The notes beneath the pieces were generated by a model, which made no database searches, was not told the origin of the DNA, and was given only the letters and a program-made list of their open reading frames with translations. A program made the translations under genes and the position numbers. 64,000 nucleotides of DNA from an uncultured bacterium (GTDB taxonomy: Bacteria; Eisenbacteria; RBG-16-71-46; CAIMUX01; WJJG01), in contig CAZTDY010000006.1 of NCBI GenBank assembly GCA_964612295.1, positions 35,546 to 99,545 on the forward strand, in the 5' to 3' direction. The first letter of the stretch is position 1, and every line of letters starts with the position of its first letter. Shown here one piece after another: positions 1 through 10,202 of this stretch.

Positions 1-163
1 TCTTTTTCGTGACCGCGACCACTCCTTTGAGTGTTGAAGAGACCCTCGCCGCCGCGCGGAGCTTAGCTCGCGACCTGGGCGAGGCCCAGACGATGCTCCT
101 CGATCTCCCCGAGTCCTATGAGCAGAGCACCTTTCTGGTCCGCAAGAAGGAGTCCATCCGATG
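1..163 (+). CDS. hypothetical protein, 3' end only (partial at window edge)
   Basis: Open frame from window start ends at TGA 161-163, overlapping the next ATG (ATGA coupling). No recognisable motifs. Confidence 0.3.
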
Positions 164-2569
164 AAGAACTTCGTTGGCGTGGCAGCGGCCCTGCTCGCCC
201 TGCTGATGAGCGTTCCGGCTTTCGCCGATGAAGGGGATGGCGGCTACGGCGTCCGGCGCTTCATGCTGGCGGTGGGCGCCAATGACGGCGGTGAGCGGCG
301 TGTTCTGCTTCGCTACGCGGTGTCCGACGCGGATGCCATGACCAAGGTCTTTCGCGAACTCGGGGGCGTGGCCGCCGAGGATCAGATTCAGCTGCGCGAC
401 CCGGACCCCTACACGTTTCTGCAGGCGATCGCGCAACTCGGAGCCCTGGCCCAGCAGGCCCGCCCGGACTATCGGCGGCTCGAGATCATCCTCTACTACT
501 CGGGACACTCCGATGATCAGGGTCTACTGCTCAAAGGACAACACCTCGGGTACTCGGTCCTTCGCGATGCGGTCAACCGGCTGCCGGCCGAAGTGCGGAT
601 CGTCATTCTCGACAGCTGTGCGTCCGGCGCGCTGACCCGGCTCAAGGGTGGGCAGCGCCGGCCCTCGTTCCTGCTCGATACGTCGTCTAACATGCAGGGC
701 CACGCCTATCTCACCTCCGCCTCGGATGACGAGTCGGCTCAGGAATCGGACCTGATCGGAGCCTCCTTCTTCACCCACGCCCTGATCTCCGGACTGCGGG
801 GAGGAGCCGACGCCACCCAGGACGAACGCATCACCCTCAACGAGGCCTACCAGTTTGCCTTCTACGAGACTCTGGCCCGTACCGAGGGAACGCAAACCGG
901 CGCCCAGCACCCGGCCTACGACATCCAGATGGCCGGCTCGGGCGATCTGGTCATGACGGATCTTCGGGGACGCTCCGCCGGGTTGGTTCTCGGCGACGAC
1001 CTCACCGGCCGCCTGCGCATTCGCGACGCGCAGAATCAGCTGGTCGTCGAGCTGATGAAGCCACAAGGCCGGTCCGTTGAACTGGGACTCGAGCCGGGGG
1101 ACTACCGGGTCATCATCGATCGGGGAGGCGTATACTTCAGCAAGGACGTGACCCTGATCGACGGTGATCTGGCGCTGGTGAGCGGCGAGGATCTGGAGCT
1201 GATCGCCACGGAGCTGACCGTGGCGCGAGGTGACGCGGGCCTCAGCGACGAGGAGCGGCTGCGGGAATCCTACGAAAAGAAGGTCCGCCACTGGCGCGAG
1301 CCGGAAGGTGGATTCATCTTCCCCCGTTTCTCCGGGAGCCTCTGGCCCGGTCTGTCCACAAATGGTGCGGATGAGAAACGCGCGATCAGCGAGGTCTCAC
1401 TCAACCTGACCCTCGGACGAACCGGAGGGGTCAAGGGACTCGAGCTGGGCCTTCTCGGCAACAGTGATCTGTACGATGTGACCGGATGCCAGATCGCCGG
1501 CGCCATGAACATGGTTGAGGGGAGCGTGGCGGCGTGCCAGGTGGCCGGTCTGCTCAACTCGGTCATGGGCGACGTGAAGCATCTGCAGCTTGCGGGGCTC
1601 GTCAACACGGTGAATGGAAAGGTGAGCGGGGTCCAGGGTTCAAGCGTCTTGAACTTCACCAAGGGCGGGCTACGGGGCGTGCAGTTGGGGCTCATTGACA
1701 TCGTCGTCGGCGACCTTGCGGGGGTCCAGCTCAGCGGTTGGATCGGCCTGGCTCGAGGCAATGCCGACGGGTGCCTTCAGATGTCGGGCTGGGCGAACTA
1801 TGTGGGCGGGGACTTCAAGGGGCTGCAATGGTCGGGCGCGGTCAACGCGGTCCTCGGTGAAGGATCGTTGGGCCAATTCGCCAGTGCAGCAAACTACGTG
1901 CGCGGGCGACTGGTTGGATTTCAGGCCACCGGAGGAGTCAATCTGGCACGTGAGATCGACGGTTGTCAGCTTGGAACGCTCAATCTCGCCGAACGGGCGC
2001 ACGGGGCGCAGCTCGGCGTCGTCAATATCGCGAGAAACGTCAAGGGACTGCAATTCGGATTGGTCAACGTGGCCGAGACCATGGACGGCGCTCCCGTCGG
2101 CGTGATCAACTACGCGCGCGACGGACAGCAGCGTCTCCAGCTCTGGACCAGCGACACCGCCGAGGGTACCGTCGCCCTCAAGCTCGGCAATCGAAACGCC
2201 TACTCGCTCCTGGCCTTCGGCAGCCAGGAACTCGGCCGCGATGATCGCATGTTCATTGGCTTCGGGTTGGGTGGTGAGTTCAACCACACCGAGCGCGTCT
2301 TCACGACCGCCGACCTGATGGCCTACCATATCCTCGAGGACGGTGAGTGGGGCGAGGGTGTCCATCTGCTGGCGAAGGCCCGGATCGGCCTCGGATTTCG
2401 CGTCGCCGATCGGCTGGCTGTGGTGGGGGGCGCGACCCTCAACAACTACCTGTCGAAGCGGCACGACGGCGAGGGGCTGGCCCACGGCACCTGGGGCGAC
2501 GAGTACGACGAGAAGGAAAACCTCTGGGCAAAGGCTTGGCCAGGGTTCTTCGTGGGCTTGCAGTTCTAG
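161..2569 (+). CDS. secreted caspase-like (peptidase C14) protein with C-terminal Gly/Asn-rich ~17-aa repeats and OMP-like C-terminal Phe
   Basis: N-terminal signal peptide MKNFVGVAAALLALLMSVPAFA. Caspase His (YYSGHS) and Cys (LDSCASGA) dyad motifs. About 13 tandem repeats of the form QxxGxxNxxxGxxxG(V/L). Ends ...FFVGLQF (terminal Phe as in outer-membrane beta-barrels). Confidence 0.7.
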   Translation: MKNFVGVAAALLALLMSVPAFADEGDGGYGVRRFMLAVGANDGGERRVLLRYAVSDADAMTKVFRELGGVAAEDQIQLRDPDPYTFLQAIAQLGALAQQARPDYRRLEIILYYSGHSDDQGLLLKGQHLGYSVLRDAVNRLPAEVRIVILDSCASGALTRLKGGQRRPSFLLDTSSNMQGHAYLTSASDDESAQESDLIGASFFTHALISGLRGGADATQDERITLNEAYQFAFYETLARTEGTQTGAQHPAYDIQMAGSGDLVMTDLRGRSAGLVLGDDLTGRLRIRDAQNQLVVELMKPQGRSVELGLEPGDYRVIIDRGGVYFSKDVTLIDGDLALVSGEDLELIATELTVARGDAGLSDEERLRESYEKKVRHWREPEGGFIFPRFSGSLWPGLSTNGADEKRAISEVSLNLTLGRTGGVKGLELGLLGNSDLYDVTGCQIAGAMNMVEGSVAACQVAGLLNSVMGDVKHLQLAGLVNTVNGKVSGVQGSSVLNFTKGGLRGVQLGLIDIVVGDLAGVQLSGWIGLARGNADGCLQMSGWANYVGGDFKGLQWSGAVNAVLGEGSLGQFASAANYVRGRLVGFQATGGVNLAREIDGCQLGTLNLAERAHGAQLGVVNIARNVKGLQFGLVNVAETMDGAPVGVINYARDGQQRLQLWTSDTAEGTVALKLGNRNAYSLLAFGSQELGRDDRMFIGFGLGGEFNHTERVFTTADLMAYHILEDGEWGEGVHLLAKARIGLGFRVADRLAVVGGATLNNYLSKRHDGEGLAHGTWGDEYDEKENLWAKAWPGFFVGLQF

Positions 2570-2580
2570 AGATCCGTTTC

Positions 2581-3165
2581 TTACGGACCCAGACGGAAAT
2601 CCTTCGGCATGATACGTGCCGGAATCCCCAACGCCACCCGGTCGCTCTCGACGTCCCGGAGGACCACCGAATTTGGCCCCACGGAGACGTGATCACCCAA
2701 CAGGATGGGCCCCATGACCTTGCTGCCCGATCCCGCCCACAGGTAGTCGCCGATCACCGGTTCCCCCTCACCGATCTCTCCATTGCTCACGACGGCCGAG
2801 CACTCGCAGAAGTGGGCATTGCTGCCGATGCGCACATGGGGGCCGATGTGGACGGCGGTCGGATGGAGAATCATCAGCCCGGGGCCGATGATCGCGTTGT
2901 GCGAAATCTCGGCGCCGGTCACCAGGTGGCACCAGAACTGGAAGAACTTCCCAAAAAAACCGCAGTGATGTCGGCACAGATGGCGGGATAGCCGATACAT
3001 GAACGTGGCGTGGAACCCAAGGCAGGTCAGGGCGAGCAGGGTGGTCTTCCACCGTCTCATGTCGGAGCGAATAAGCGCCCGAAGTCCCAGCCGGTCGTAG
3101 GCGTCGTACTTCCCGAGCAGGTCATCGCTCAGTTCGCGCGCACCTGTGCCGTTGTGATCGTCCAT
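2581..3165 (-). CDS. serine O-acetyltransferase-like hexapeptide-repeat acyltransferase (CysE/EpsC family)
   Basis: Left-handed beta-helix hexapeptide repeats (HPTAVHIGPHVRIGSNAHF...). N-terminal region typical of SAT-family enzymes found in polysaccharide loci. Start overlaps stop of upstream gene. Confidence 0.7.
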   Translation of the reverse strand: MDDHNGTGARELSDDLLGKYDAYDRLGLRALIRSDMRRWKTTLLALTCLGFHATFMYRLSRHLCRHHCGFFGKFFQFWCHLVTGAEISHNAIIGPGLMILHPTAVHIGPHVRIGSNAHFCECSAVVSNGEIGEGEPVIGDYLWAGSGSKVMGPILLGDHVSVGPNSVVLRDVESDRVALGIPARIMPKDFRLGP

Positions 3166-4080
3166 TACCGGTCCATCCCCCGGGATTCGTCCGGGGATTC
3201 ATCCCAGAGCTGCGCCAGGAAGACCAGAAAGTGAGCCGCGATGATCCGTTGGCCCAATTCGTTCAGGTGGTACCCATCGCGCGAGTATTCTGGGATTAGA
3301 GCATGGCCTGTCCGGCCCTCTTCTTCGTACGTGCAGCGTGATCCATCCGGATAGGTCGACTGAAGCCGGCCGAGGTCAAAGAACGGCTCCTGTTCACCGT
3401 AACGGGCCAGGAGCGCCGAGCTGTAATCGTCGCGCGCGAGATTGTCGCGCCGCGGATCGTGGCCCTTGATGAGTCGCTTCACCACCCGTCTCAAGGTCTG
3501 CTTCGTGGTGGTGAGCGGCTCGGAGACGTGGACAATCAGAAGATCTGGGTGGGCCTGCCGAATGCGGTCCACCGTGCTCTCGTACCGGCCGAGCAGCTCG
3601 GCGGTATTCGTCTTGGCAGTGACATCCAGAAAGCACAGTTTCAGTGCGGCAGCATCGAGCGCCTCCCCTGCAGGGGAGATCAGGTATTGCTCGAACGCAT
3701 CGCACTTGCCCAGCGGGTCGTAGTTCTCCCCGATCCAGGAGTGCGACAGGTAGCCACGGGTCGGGTCGGCGACATCGGGGCGTCTCACGACCTGGATTTG
3801 AATCTCGGGATAATCGCGGGTGATGTCGGCGATGCCGTTCAGCATGTCCAGGCCGACCGACTGATGGGCGAAGTAGATTCTCTTCTGGGCCAGCGTCTTC
3901 CACTGGTCGGCCGTCACCTGCTCCAGGATGGCGCCGGTTGGATCCGAGAGCGTGGGGGTGTCCATTGAAGTGCAGCCGAATCCGCCCAGCGCGAGGAGGC
4001 TAATCAGCAACCGGCAGACGCGCGCTCCCGCCGGCAGCCCGCAAAGGCTGAGCGCAGACTCGGTCCCGACAAGCGAGGTG
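3165..4080 (-). CDS. SGNH/GDSL-like hydrolase lipoprotein (start uncertain)
   Basis: Lipobox LLALGGFGC. C-terminal DGYHLN resembles the SGNH catalytic D-x-x-H. Six-frame ORF extends to 4184 but that would overlap the ACP gene by ~100 nt, so an internal start (e.g. TTG near 4010) is likely. Confidence 0.45.
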
Positions 4081-4326
4081 CTACGCCACCTTACGTTCAA
4101 TGAACGCCACCAGCCGGTCGACGGAGTCGAGGTTGTCGGGAACCAACTCGTTGTCAGCAATGGCAACGCCATAGGTCTCTTCAATGTACGCGACGAGTTC
4201 TAGGACACCGATCGAATCGAGAACGCCCATCTCGAGAAGCGACCCCGAGTCCGGCAGCAAATCGGTTTCTTGGCCCATCATGAAATTGTCGGTGATGAAC
4301 TCTCTGATCTGGGCACGAATATCCAT
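4081..4326 (-). CDS. acyl carrier protein (phosphopantetheine-binding)
   Basis: LLEMGVLDSIGVLELV with conserved DS(I/L) phosphopantetheine attachment serine. About 80 aa from MDIRAQIREF... GGAGAGG RBS 6 nt upstream of that ATG. Confidence 0.75.
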   Translation of the reverse strand: MDIRAQIREFITDNFMMGQETDLLPDSGSLLEMGVLDSIGVLELVAYIEETYGVAIADNELVPDNLDSVDRLVAFIERKVA

Positions 4327-4425
4327 CCACACCTCTCCTGCACTGACCGCCAATGCTGCCATTTAGGGAGCGAGGATCGCTCACTCCTGTTATCGGCCGG
4401 TCAGCCACCAAGTTGAGTATGCGTT

Positions 4426-6456
4426 TCAGAGAGGATCCGACGCCCCTCGGGGGCTCTGGGAGCCCACTCGCCCCGAGCGGGTGTCGTGCCAGACGGCCAG
4501 CTCATGCTCGGCCGGCGGCTCCGGCGGGCGGAAATCCTGAACGAATTGCTGCGCAAGCAGCTGCGTCGACAGGATCCCCACGAAGGACATGTTGTCGCGG
4601 AAGGACAGATGGGCCTTGGAGCGGCGGCAGCACTTCTCTCGCAGCTTACTCACCGCCCCGGCCGCGAATAGACCGGTGCGGGTGAGCGCCACCTCTGACA
4701 GCATTTCAGCGACATAGGCCGGGGGATTCTCGCAGAAGAAGGCGTTCGAATCGGGGGCCATGTAAGGTTGTTTCACGCGGTTGCGAATCTCCGGGGGCAC
4801 TTCTTCGACCATCGCCCGCTTCAGGACGGCCTTCTCGTTCAGGCCGCGCAGCTTGAGCCAGGGCGGGATCCGGGCGCCCAGCTCGACGACCCGGTAGTCG
4901 AGGAATGGGTAGCGCCCCTCCACGGAGTTGGCCATCGATACGCGGTCCCCCTGGGACGACAACAGGTAGCCGGAAAGAAGCGATTTCGCCTCGAGGTACT
5001 GCGCCCGCGAGAGGTGATGCCAACGATCGAAGTCCGGCGGAAGATGGCGCCCGAACACCTCGACCGAGGGATGACCGAGCACCGCCGCCTTGGTGTCTTC
5101 GCTGAAGAACTGCTTCAGTTTGGTGGCGGTGCTGATTCTCGGCATGTGCGAGAAGTGGTAGGCGTCTGTCTCAGACAGCCCCACCCGGTAGAACTCCTCC
5201 AGGTAGAATTGCGCCCGGGCGGGCGAGAGGGGCAGGGTTGGGTAGAGCTTCTTGAGCAGGAGCGGTCTCCAACTCGACTCCGGCTGCCGGGACCAGAACT
5301 TGCGGATGAGCGTTTCCTTGAAGATGTCGTAGCCGCCCAGAATCTCGTCCGCACCCTCGCCGGTCAGCACGACCTTGAAGTCGCTTTGGCGCACGAGACC
5401 GGAGAGCACCAAGAGTGGCGTGGGGGCTGTTCGGATGATCGGCTTTTCCGTGTGCCACACGACCCGCGGGAAGCTCTCGGCGATGTCCCGGTGGGCGCAC
5501 CGAACCTCATGGTGTCTCGTGCCCAATCGCTCGACCATCTGCCTTTGATAGGCCGATTCATCGAAGGCCCGGTCATCGAACGAGATGGAGAAGGTCTCCA
5601 GAGGCGTGTCGGTGAAGTGGCGAATCATCGCCGTGGTGGCGGCCGAGTCCAATCCCCCCGATAGGTAGGCTCCCACAGGAACATCCGCCCTCAGGCGCAG
5701 ACGCACCGCATCCACGAGCAGGGCGTGGAGTTCTTCAGCCCAGGAGTCCATCGAGCGGGAAGTGTCGTATTCGACGGGAAACTCCATCTCCCACCAGCGA
5801 TGGTGGGTGAGGTTGCCGTCCTTGATTTCGAGATAGGTGCCGGCCTCGAGTTCGCAAATCCCCTCGAAAGCGGTCCGGGGGGGCGCTGTCGTCCACCAGG
5901 TGAAGATCTCGTCGAGCCCCTTGGGATCCAGACGGCGCACAACGTCCGGATCGCAGAAGATCGCCTTGATCTCTGACGCGAAGACAAACCTCCCGCCGTG
6001 GAGGCTGTAGAACAGAGGCCTGATCCCCAGACGATCCCGGGCCAGGAAGAGGCGTTTGTCTCTTCGATGGTAGACGGCGAAGGCGAACTGGCCGTTGAAG
6101 CGCCTCAGACAGTCGGCGCCCCACTCTTCATACGCGTGGAGAACCACTTCGGTATCGGACTTCGTGCGAAAACGGTGGCCGAGGTTCTGTAGCTCCTGCC
6201 GCAGTTCGACGTAGTTGAAGAGCTCACCGTTGTAGGTGATCCACAGCGTGGCGTCTTCATTGCATAGAGGCTGAGAGCCGGAAGAGAGGTCGATGATCGA
6301 CAGACGCGCGAGCCCGAGCGCACAGGTGTCATCGAGATAGGCGCCCGATTCGTCGGGCCCCCGGTGACGCATGATGCGCACCATGCGGCGGATGAGCTCA
6401 TCCCCCGGCAGCGTGGCCGAGGGATTCATGCGATAGTATCCGGCAATGGCACACAT
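4426..6456 (-). CDS. asnB: asparagine synthetase family (glutamine-hydrolysing) amidotransferase
   Basis: N-terminal MCAIAGYY (Cys2 glutaminase nucleophile). PP-loop SGGLDS. 676 aa, typical AsnB-like length. Confidence 0.8.
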   Translation of the reverse strand: MCAIAGYYRMNPSATLPGDELIRRMVRIMRHRGPDESGAYLDDTCALGLARLSIIDLSSGSQPLCNEDATLWITYNGELFNYVELRQELQNLGHRFRTKSDTEVVLHAYEEWGADCLRRFNGQFAFAVYHRRDKRLFLARDRLGIRPLFYSLHGGRFVFASEIKAIFCDPDVVRRLDPKGLDEIFTWWTTAPPRTAFEGICELEAGTYLEIKDGNLTHHRWWEMEFPVEYDTSRSMDSWAEELHALLVDAVRLRLRADVPVGAYLSGGLDSAATTAMIRHFTDTPLETFSISFDDRAFDESAYQRQMVERLGTRHHEVRCAHRDIAESFPRVVWHTEKPIIRTAPTPLLVLSGLVRQSDFKVVLTGEGADEILGGYDIFKETLIRKFWSRQPESSWRPLLLKKLYPTLPLSPARAQFYLEEFYRVGLSETDAYHFSHMPRISTATKLKQFFSEDTKAAVLGHPSVEVFGRHLPPDFDRWHHLSRAQYLEAKSLLSGYLLSSQGDRVSMANSVEGRYPFLDYRVVELGARIPPWLKLRGLNEKAVLKRAMVEEVPPEIRNRVKQPYMAPDSNAFFCENPPAYVAEMLSEVALTRTGLFAAGAVSKLREKCCRRSKAHLSFRDNMSFVGILSTQLLAQQFVQDFRPPEPPAEHELAVWHDTRSGRVGSQSPRGASDPL

Positions 6457-6467
6457 GGATCATCACC

Positions 6468-8000
6468 TCAAGCGGGTCGCTCGATTTTCCCCGATGCGGA
6501 CGTGGGCAGGGAGGAGACGATCTCGACCTGCTGCGGCACGAAGATCTCCTCCAGATGCGCCCGGCAATGGCAGAGGATGTCGTCGGCGGTCAAACTGACC
6601 CCCGTCCGCAAGACGACCTCCGCGCGGATCGCGTTTCCAAGAATGTCATCGGGCACGGGGGTCACCCGGGCCGCGACGACCTCCTCCAATTCATGGAGGA
6701 CGGCCTCGATCTCCTTGGGTGCCACGAGTTCTCCCCTGGATTTGAACAGGTCGTCCAGACGACCCTGGAAATAGAGGAAGCCGGCTTCATCGATGCGAAA
6801 GATGTCCCCGGTGTGAAGGACCCGTTCCCATGGATAGAGGCCGGCCCTGAGCACATTGGCCGTGGCCTCGGGGTCGTTGTAGTAGCCCTGCATGACGCAC
6901 GCGCCCCGCACGACGAGCTCGCCGGTGGCGTCCCGGTCGCGCAGGTGCCCGTCGCCATCGACCACGTAGACCTCGGTGTTGGGCATCGGAATGCCGACCG
7001 AATCGGGTCGCTCATCGATGAGATGAGGGGGAAGGAAGGCCACGCGCTTACATTCGGTGAGGCCGTACATCGAATAGATCGAAGCCTTGGGAAACATCGC
7101 CCGCAACCGGGGGATAAAGGCCGGAGGCAGGGCGGCGCCCGTATTCGTGATGTATCGAACCGAGGAGAGGTCAATGTCCTCGGGTATGTCGAGGTTGAGC
7201 AAGAGCGACATCATCGTCGGCACGCAGGGCAGGCCGGTCACACCCCGCGAGGCGATGTCCTGCACCAGCTGGAATGGGTACCCGAATCCTGCTTTCAGGA
7301 TCAACGTGCCCCCGAAGGCGATGGTCATCAACAGCTGGTAGAGGCCGTAGTCGAAGGAAAGCGGAAGAACGTTCAACACGATGTCACCTGGGTGGTTCCC
7401 CAGATAGGTCGTGATCGAGTTGGCCGCGGTGACCATGTTCCGGTGGGTGAGCATGACACCCTTGGGATGACCTGTGCTCCCGGAGGTGTAGATGATCGCC
7501 GCCAGGTCCAGATCGACTTGGCGCAATGCCGAAAGGGGTTGTTCTTGGGAAAGAATCGCCTCGAAATAGGAGTGCTCGGCCGCTCTGGGGCCCTGGGGAG
7601 CCGGTCCGGTCACGATCGTCCGCTGCCTGAGCGCCCGGTCGCACAGAGGGGCGATCGTCTTCAGATGCAAAGGGTCAGTGATCACAAAGCTCGGTTTGCA
7701 CTGCTCGATGATGTAGCGGAGCTTGTTCGACTTGATGGCAGGGTTGATGATCGAGAAGACGCCTCCCGCCATCAGCGTTGCGTACAGCGAGACGACCGCC
7801 TCCGAAGAATTCGGCAGGTAGATAACGACACGCCCTCCGCGCATCAGGTGGTTGCGGCGCAGATAGGCGGCCAGGGTCCCGGCGTGCCCTTTGAGTTGAC
7901 GATAGGTGAGCGTCGTATTCCCGCAGTGCAGGGCGGTTTTGTCCGGGTGACGTTGGACCGATCGAGTCAGGAACTCATGCAGCAGGTTTACGACGCGCAT
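6468..8000 (-). CDS. AMP-dependent acyl-CoA/acyl-ACP ligase (adenylate-forming enzyme)
   Basis: AMP-binding signature IYTSGSTGHPKGVMLTHRNM. 510 aa. Adjacent to ACP. Confidence 0.8.
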   Translation of the reverse strand: MRVVNLLHEFLTRSVQRHPDKTALHCGNTTLTYRQLKGHAGTLAAYLRRNHLMRGGRVVIYLPNSSEAVVSLYATLMAGGVFSIINPAIKSNKLRYIIEQCKPSFVITDPLHLKTIAPLCDRALRQRTIVTGPAPQGPRAAEHSYFEAILSQEQPLSALRQVDLDLAAIIYTSGSTGHPKGVMLTHRNMVTAANSITTYLGNHPGDIVLNVLPLSFDYGLYQLLMTIAFGGTLILKAGFGYPFQLVQDIASRGVTGLPCVPTMMSLLLNLDIPEDIDLSSVRYITNTGAALPPAFIPRLRAMFPKASIYSMYGLTECKRVAFLPPHLIDERPDSVGIPMPNTEVYVVDGDGHLRDRDATGELVVRGACVMQGYYNDPEATANVLRAGLYPWERVLHTGDIFRIDEAGFLYFQGRLDDLFKSRGELVAPKEIEAVLHELEEVVAARVTPVPDDILGNAIRAEVVLRTGVSLTADDILCHCRAHLEEIFVPQQVEIVSSLPTSASGKIERPA

Positions 8001-8028
8001 CGACTTCGATTCCCTCAGTTCGTTTGGG

Positions 8029-9027
8029 CTAGGCGACCTTGACCGGGCCCATCCGCAGATGTTCGGTGGCTACGATCTTCCGGTGAATGTTTGCGTAGGC
8101 CCGTTCGACCTGTTCTTCGCTGAGGTCGAGAACCGCGGCCGCCTCCCCCGGCGGCACATCGTTGTCCATGGCCAGCCAGAGCATGTCCATGAGATAGAAA
8201 TCCAGACCGAAGAAGAACTCCTCCTGCGACACCTCCGCCGAGTAGGTGTCCGTGGTCGGCACCCGGCTCAGGATCTCCTGGGGCACATCGAGGTATTCGG
8301 CCAACTGGAAGACCTGGGTCTTGAACAGGTGAGCGATCGGCTGAAGGTCGACTCCGCCGTCGCCGTGTTTGACGAAGAAGCCCTGGAGGTGCTCGTCCTT
8401 GTTGCCCGTGCCGATGACGGCCCAGTTACGCAATTCGGCATGGTAGTAGAGCATGGTCATACGCAGCCGCTGCTTGAGATTCGAGGCGGCCACCACGCCA
8501 AGGTAGGGCCTCGGTGGCAGCCGCTTGCATTGCACATTGCCGGCCGGATCCTCGATGGTGATGTTGAAGAAGTTGAAGGTCTGCTTGTCCAGGATCTTGC
8601 CGGGATTGGTGATCTTGACCTTGTAGCTGTCGTCGAACTCGGGAAAGACGAGGCGGATCGCGTCATTGCGACGCTGGTAGCAACCCAGGGCCGCAAGCGC
8701 CCCTGAGATATCTTCCGTGAATGTCTTGAAACCATAGTGATCGGCGAGCACTTGGGCCAGATCGATACTCTCGGGGGCCGAGTCGGTTTCCGGCATCATG
8801 ATGCCCACGACTCGTTCGGGACCGAAGGCGCGCACACACAAGGCGGCCACAACGGAAGAGTCGATACCGCCTGAGATTCCCAGCACGGTTCCCTGCTTCC
8901 TCAATGGACCCCGGAGCTGCTCACGCAACAGGTTGCAGATCTCCTCGGTGGTCGCTTCGACATCGATCTTGAGGCTGTCTTTCTGAAACAACATCACAAC
9001 TCCTACCCGGGTATGTCCGGTACCCAC
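8029..9027 (-). CDS. nadE: NAD+ synthetase-like PP-loop ATP pyrophosphatase/amidotransferase
   Basis: LGISGGIDSSVVAAL PP-loop. TGNKDEHLQGFFVKHGDGGVDLQPIAHLFKTQV matches NadE core. True start may be the internal Met near 8994. Confidence 0.6.
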   Translation of the reverse strand: MGTGHTRVGVVMLFQKDSLKIDVEATTEEICNLLREQLRGPLRKQGTVLGISGGIDSSVVAALCVRAFGPERVVGIMMPETDSAPESIDLAQVLADHYGFKTFTEDISGALAALGCYQRRNDAIRLVFPEFDDSYKVKITNPGKILDKQTFNFFNITIEDPAGNVQCKRLPPRPYLGVVAASNLKQRLRMTMLYYHAELRNWAVIGTGNKDEHLQGFFVKHGDGGVDLQPIAHLFKTQVFQLAEYLDVPQEILSRVPTTDTYSAEVSQEEFFFGLDFYLMDMLWLAMDNDVPPGEAAAVLDLSEEQVERAYANIHRKIVATEHLRMGPVKVA

Positions 9028-9209
9028 AGCAATGCCTCCATCACGCTAAGTTTCGGCAGCGGCGCGGGATACCTTGACGGGCAACCGGGGGCGGGCTCGC
9101 GGCTGCAGTAGGGTCCGCCGCGGGTTCGCCAGGGAGGGGAAAGCGCCCAACCAATTGAAATAGAATAGGTTGGCAGGCCGACGGTCATGCGGAGCGACTC
9201 GCTGGATCT

Positions 9210-10151
9210 CTATTCGATGATCTTCTTGACCCGGTAGTCGAGGACCTCGCGCGAGTGACAGTAGATGATCAGCTCCCCGATGAGCCCGACCGAGAAGAGG
9301 TGGAATCCGAAGACCAGAAGCAGGATTCCCATGAGCAGGAAGGGCCGATCAGCCAGTCCGACCCCATAGAAGAGACGCAGGACTCCCAGGTAGGCGATGA
9401 TCAGCACGCCCGGCAAGCCGAGGCCGACCCCGATCAGACCGAAGAACCGGAGCGGTTTCTTGGTGAACTTGACCAGGAAGAACAGCGTCAGGATGTCCAG
9501 GAGCCGCCTGACATAGGCTCCGGCGTTGACGACGCGAACCTGCGTGTCCTCTTTCCGCTGCCCGACCTTGATCTCGCGAACATTCACCCCGCGCTGAAAG
9601 GCGAAGATAGGAAGAAACCGATGGAGATCACCGTAGAGCACAAACTCGGAGAGGACCTTGCGGCTGATGAGACGCATGCCTGAAGTAATGTCGCGGAACG
9701 ACGTGTTGGTCAGCTTGCGGATGACGTAGTGGTAGATGCTCGCCTGAATCCGGTTGATGAGCGGGTCCTTGCGCGGGTATCGACGCGTGATGACCATGTC
9801 GTGCCCGGCGTTGTAGGCGTCGAACACCTTGTGCAGGTCCTTGGGCTCGATCTGAATATAGGAGGCCAGCGTGAGGATCAACTCGCCCTTGGCTTGACGG
9901 AAGCCTTCCATCAGAGCCATCGACTCTCCGAAGCTCCTCGCGAACTGGATGATTCGGATCGGCTCGCCCTCGCTCTGCAGCTTCTTGAGCGCATCCACCG
10001 CGAGCGGGAAAGCACCGTCAACGACGAAGATGAATTCGAAACTCTGTTTCATCTCGCGCAGTTCAGCGGCGTAGATGCTGTAGAGCTTGTCCATCCGATC
10101 GTGTCGTTCGCTGATCGGAACAACCACGCTGACTTGCGGCGTATCGCTCAC
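9210..10151 (-). CDS. GT2 family polyprenyl-phosphate glycosyltransferase (DPM1/ArnC/GtrB-like) with C-terminal TM helices
   Basis: VSVVVPI...FVVDG GT-A motif region. Two C-terminal hydrophobic helices typical of ArnC/GtrB-like enzymes. Confidence 0.7.
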   Translation of the reverse strand: MSDTPQVSVVVPISERHDRMDKLYSIYAAELREMKQSFEFIFVVDGAFPLAVDALKKLQSEGEPIRIIQFARSFGESMALMEGFRQAKGELILTLASYIQIEPKDLHKVFDAYNAGHDMVITRRYPRKDPLINRIQASIYHYVIRKLTNTSFRDITSGMRLISRKVLSEFVLYGDLHRFLPIFAFQRGVNVREIKVGQRKEDTQVRVVNAGAYVRRLLDILTLFFLVKFTKKPLRFFGLIGVGLGLPGVLIIAYLGVLRLFYGVGLADRPFLLMGILLLVFGFHLFSVGLIGELIIYCHSREVLDYRVKKIIE

Positions 10152-10202
10152 GAGCTCAGGTCCCTCTTCTTTCGTTGTCCCCAGACCGCGCCCTTCTGCG
10201 GG

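Noticed and set aside
8029-9027. Alternative call as WbpG-type N-acetyl-sugar amidotransferase
   Set aside because: Core motifs (SGGIDSS, YGDGG-like, PIAHLFKTQV) fit NadE better than WbpG-type SGGKDS. Kept as NadE-like but functional role in the glycan cluster remains possible.
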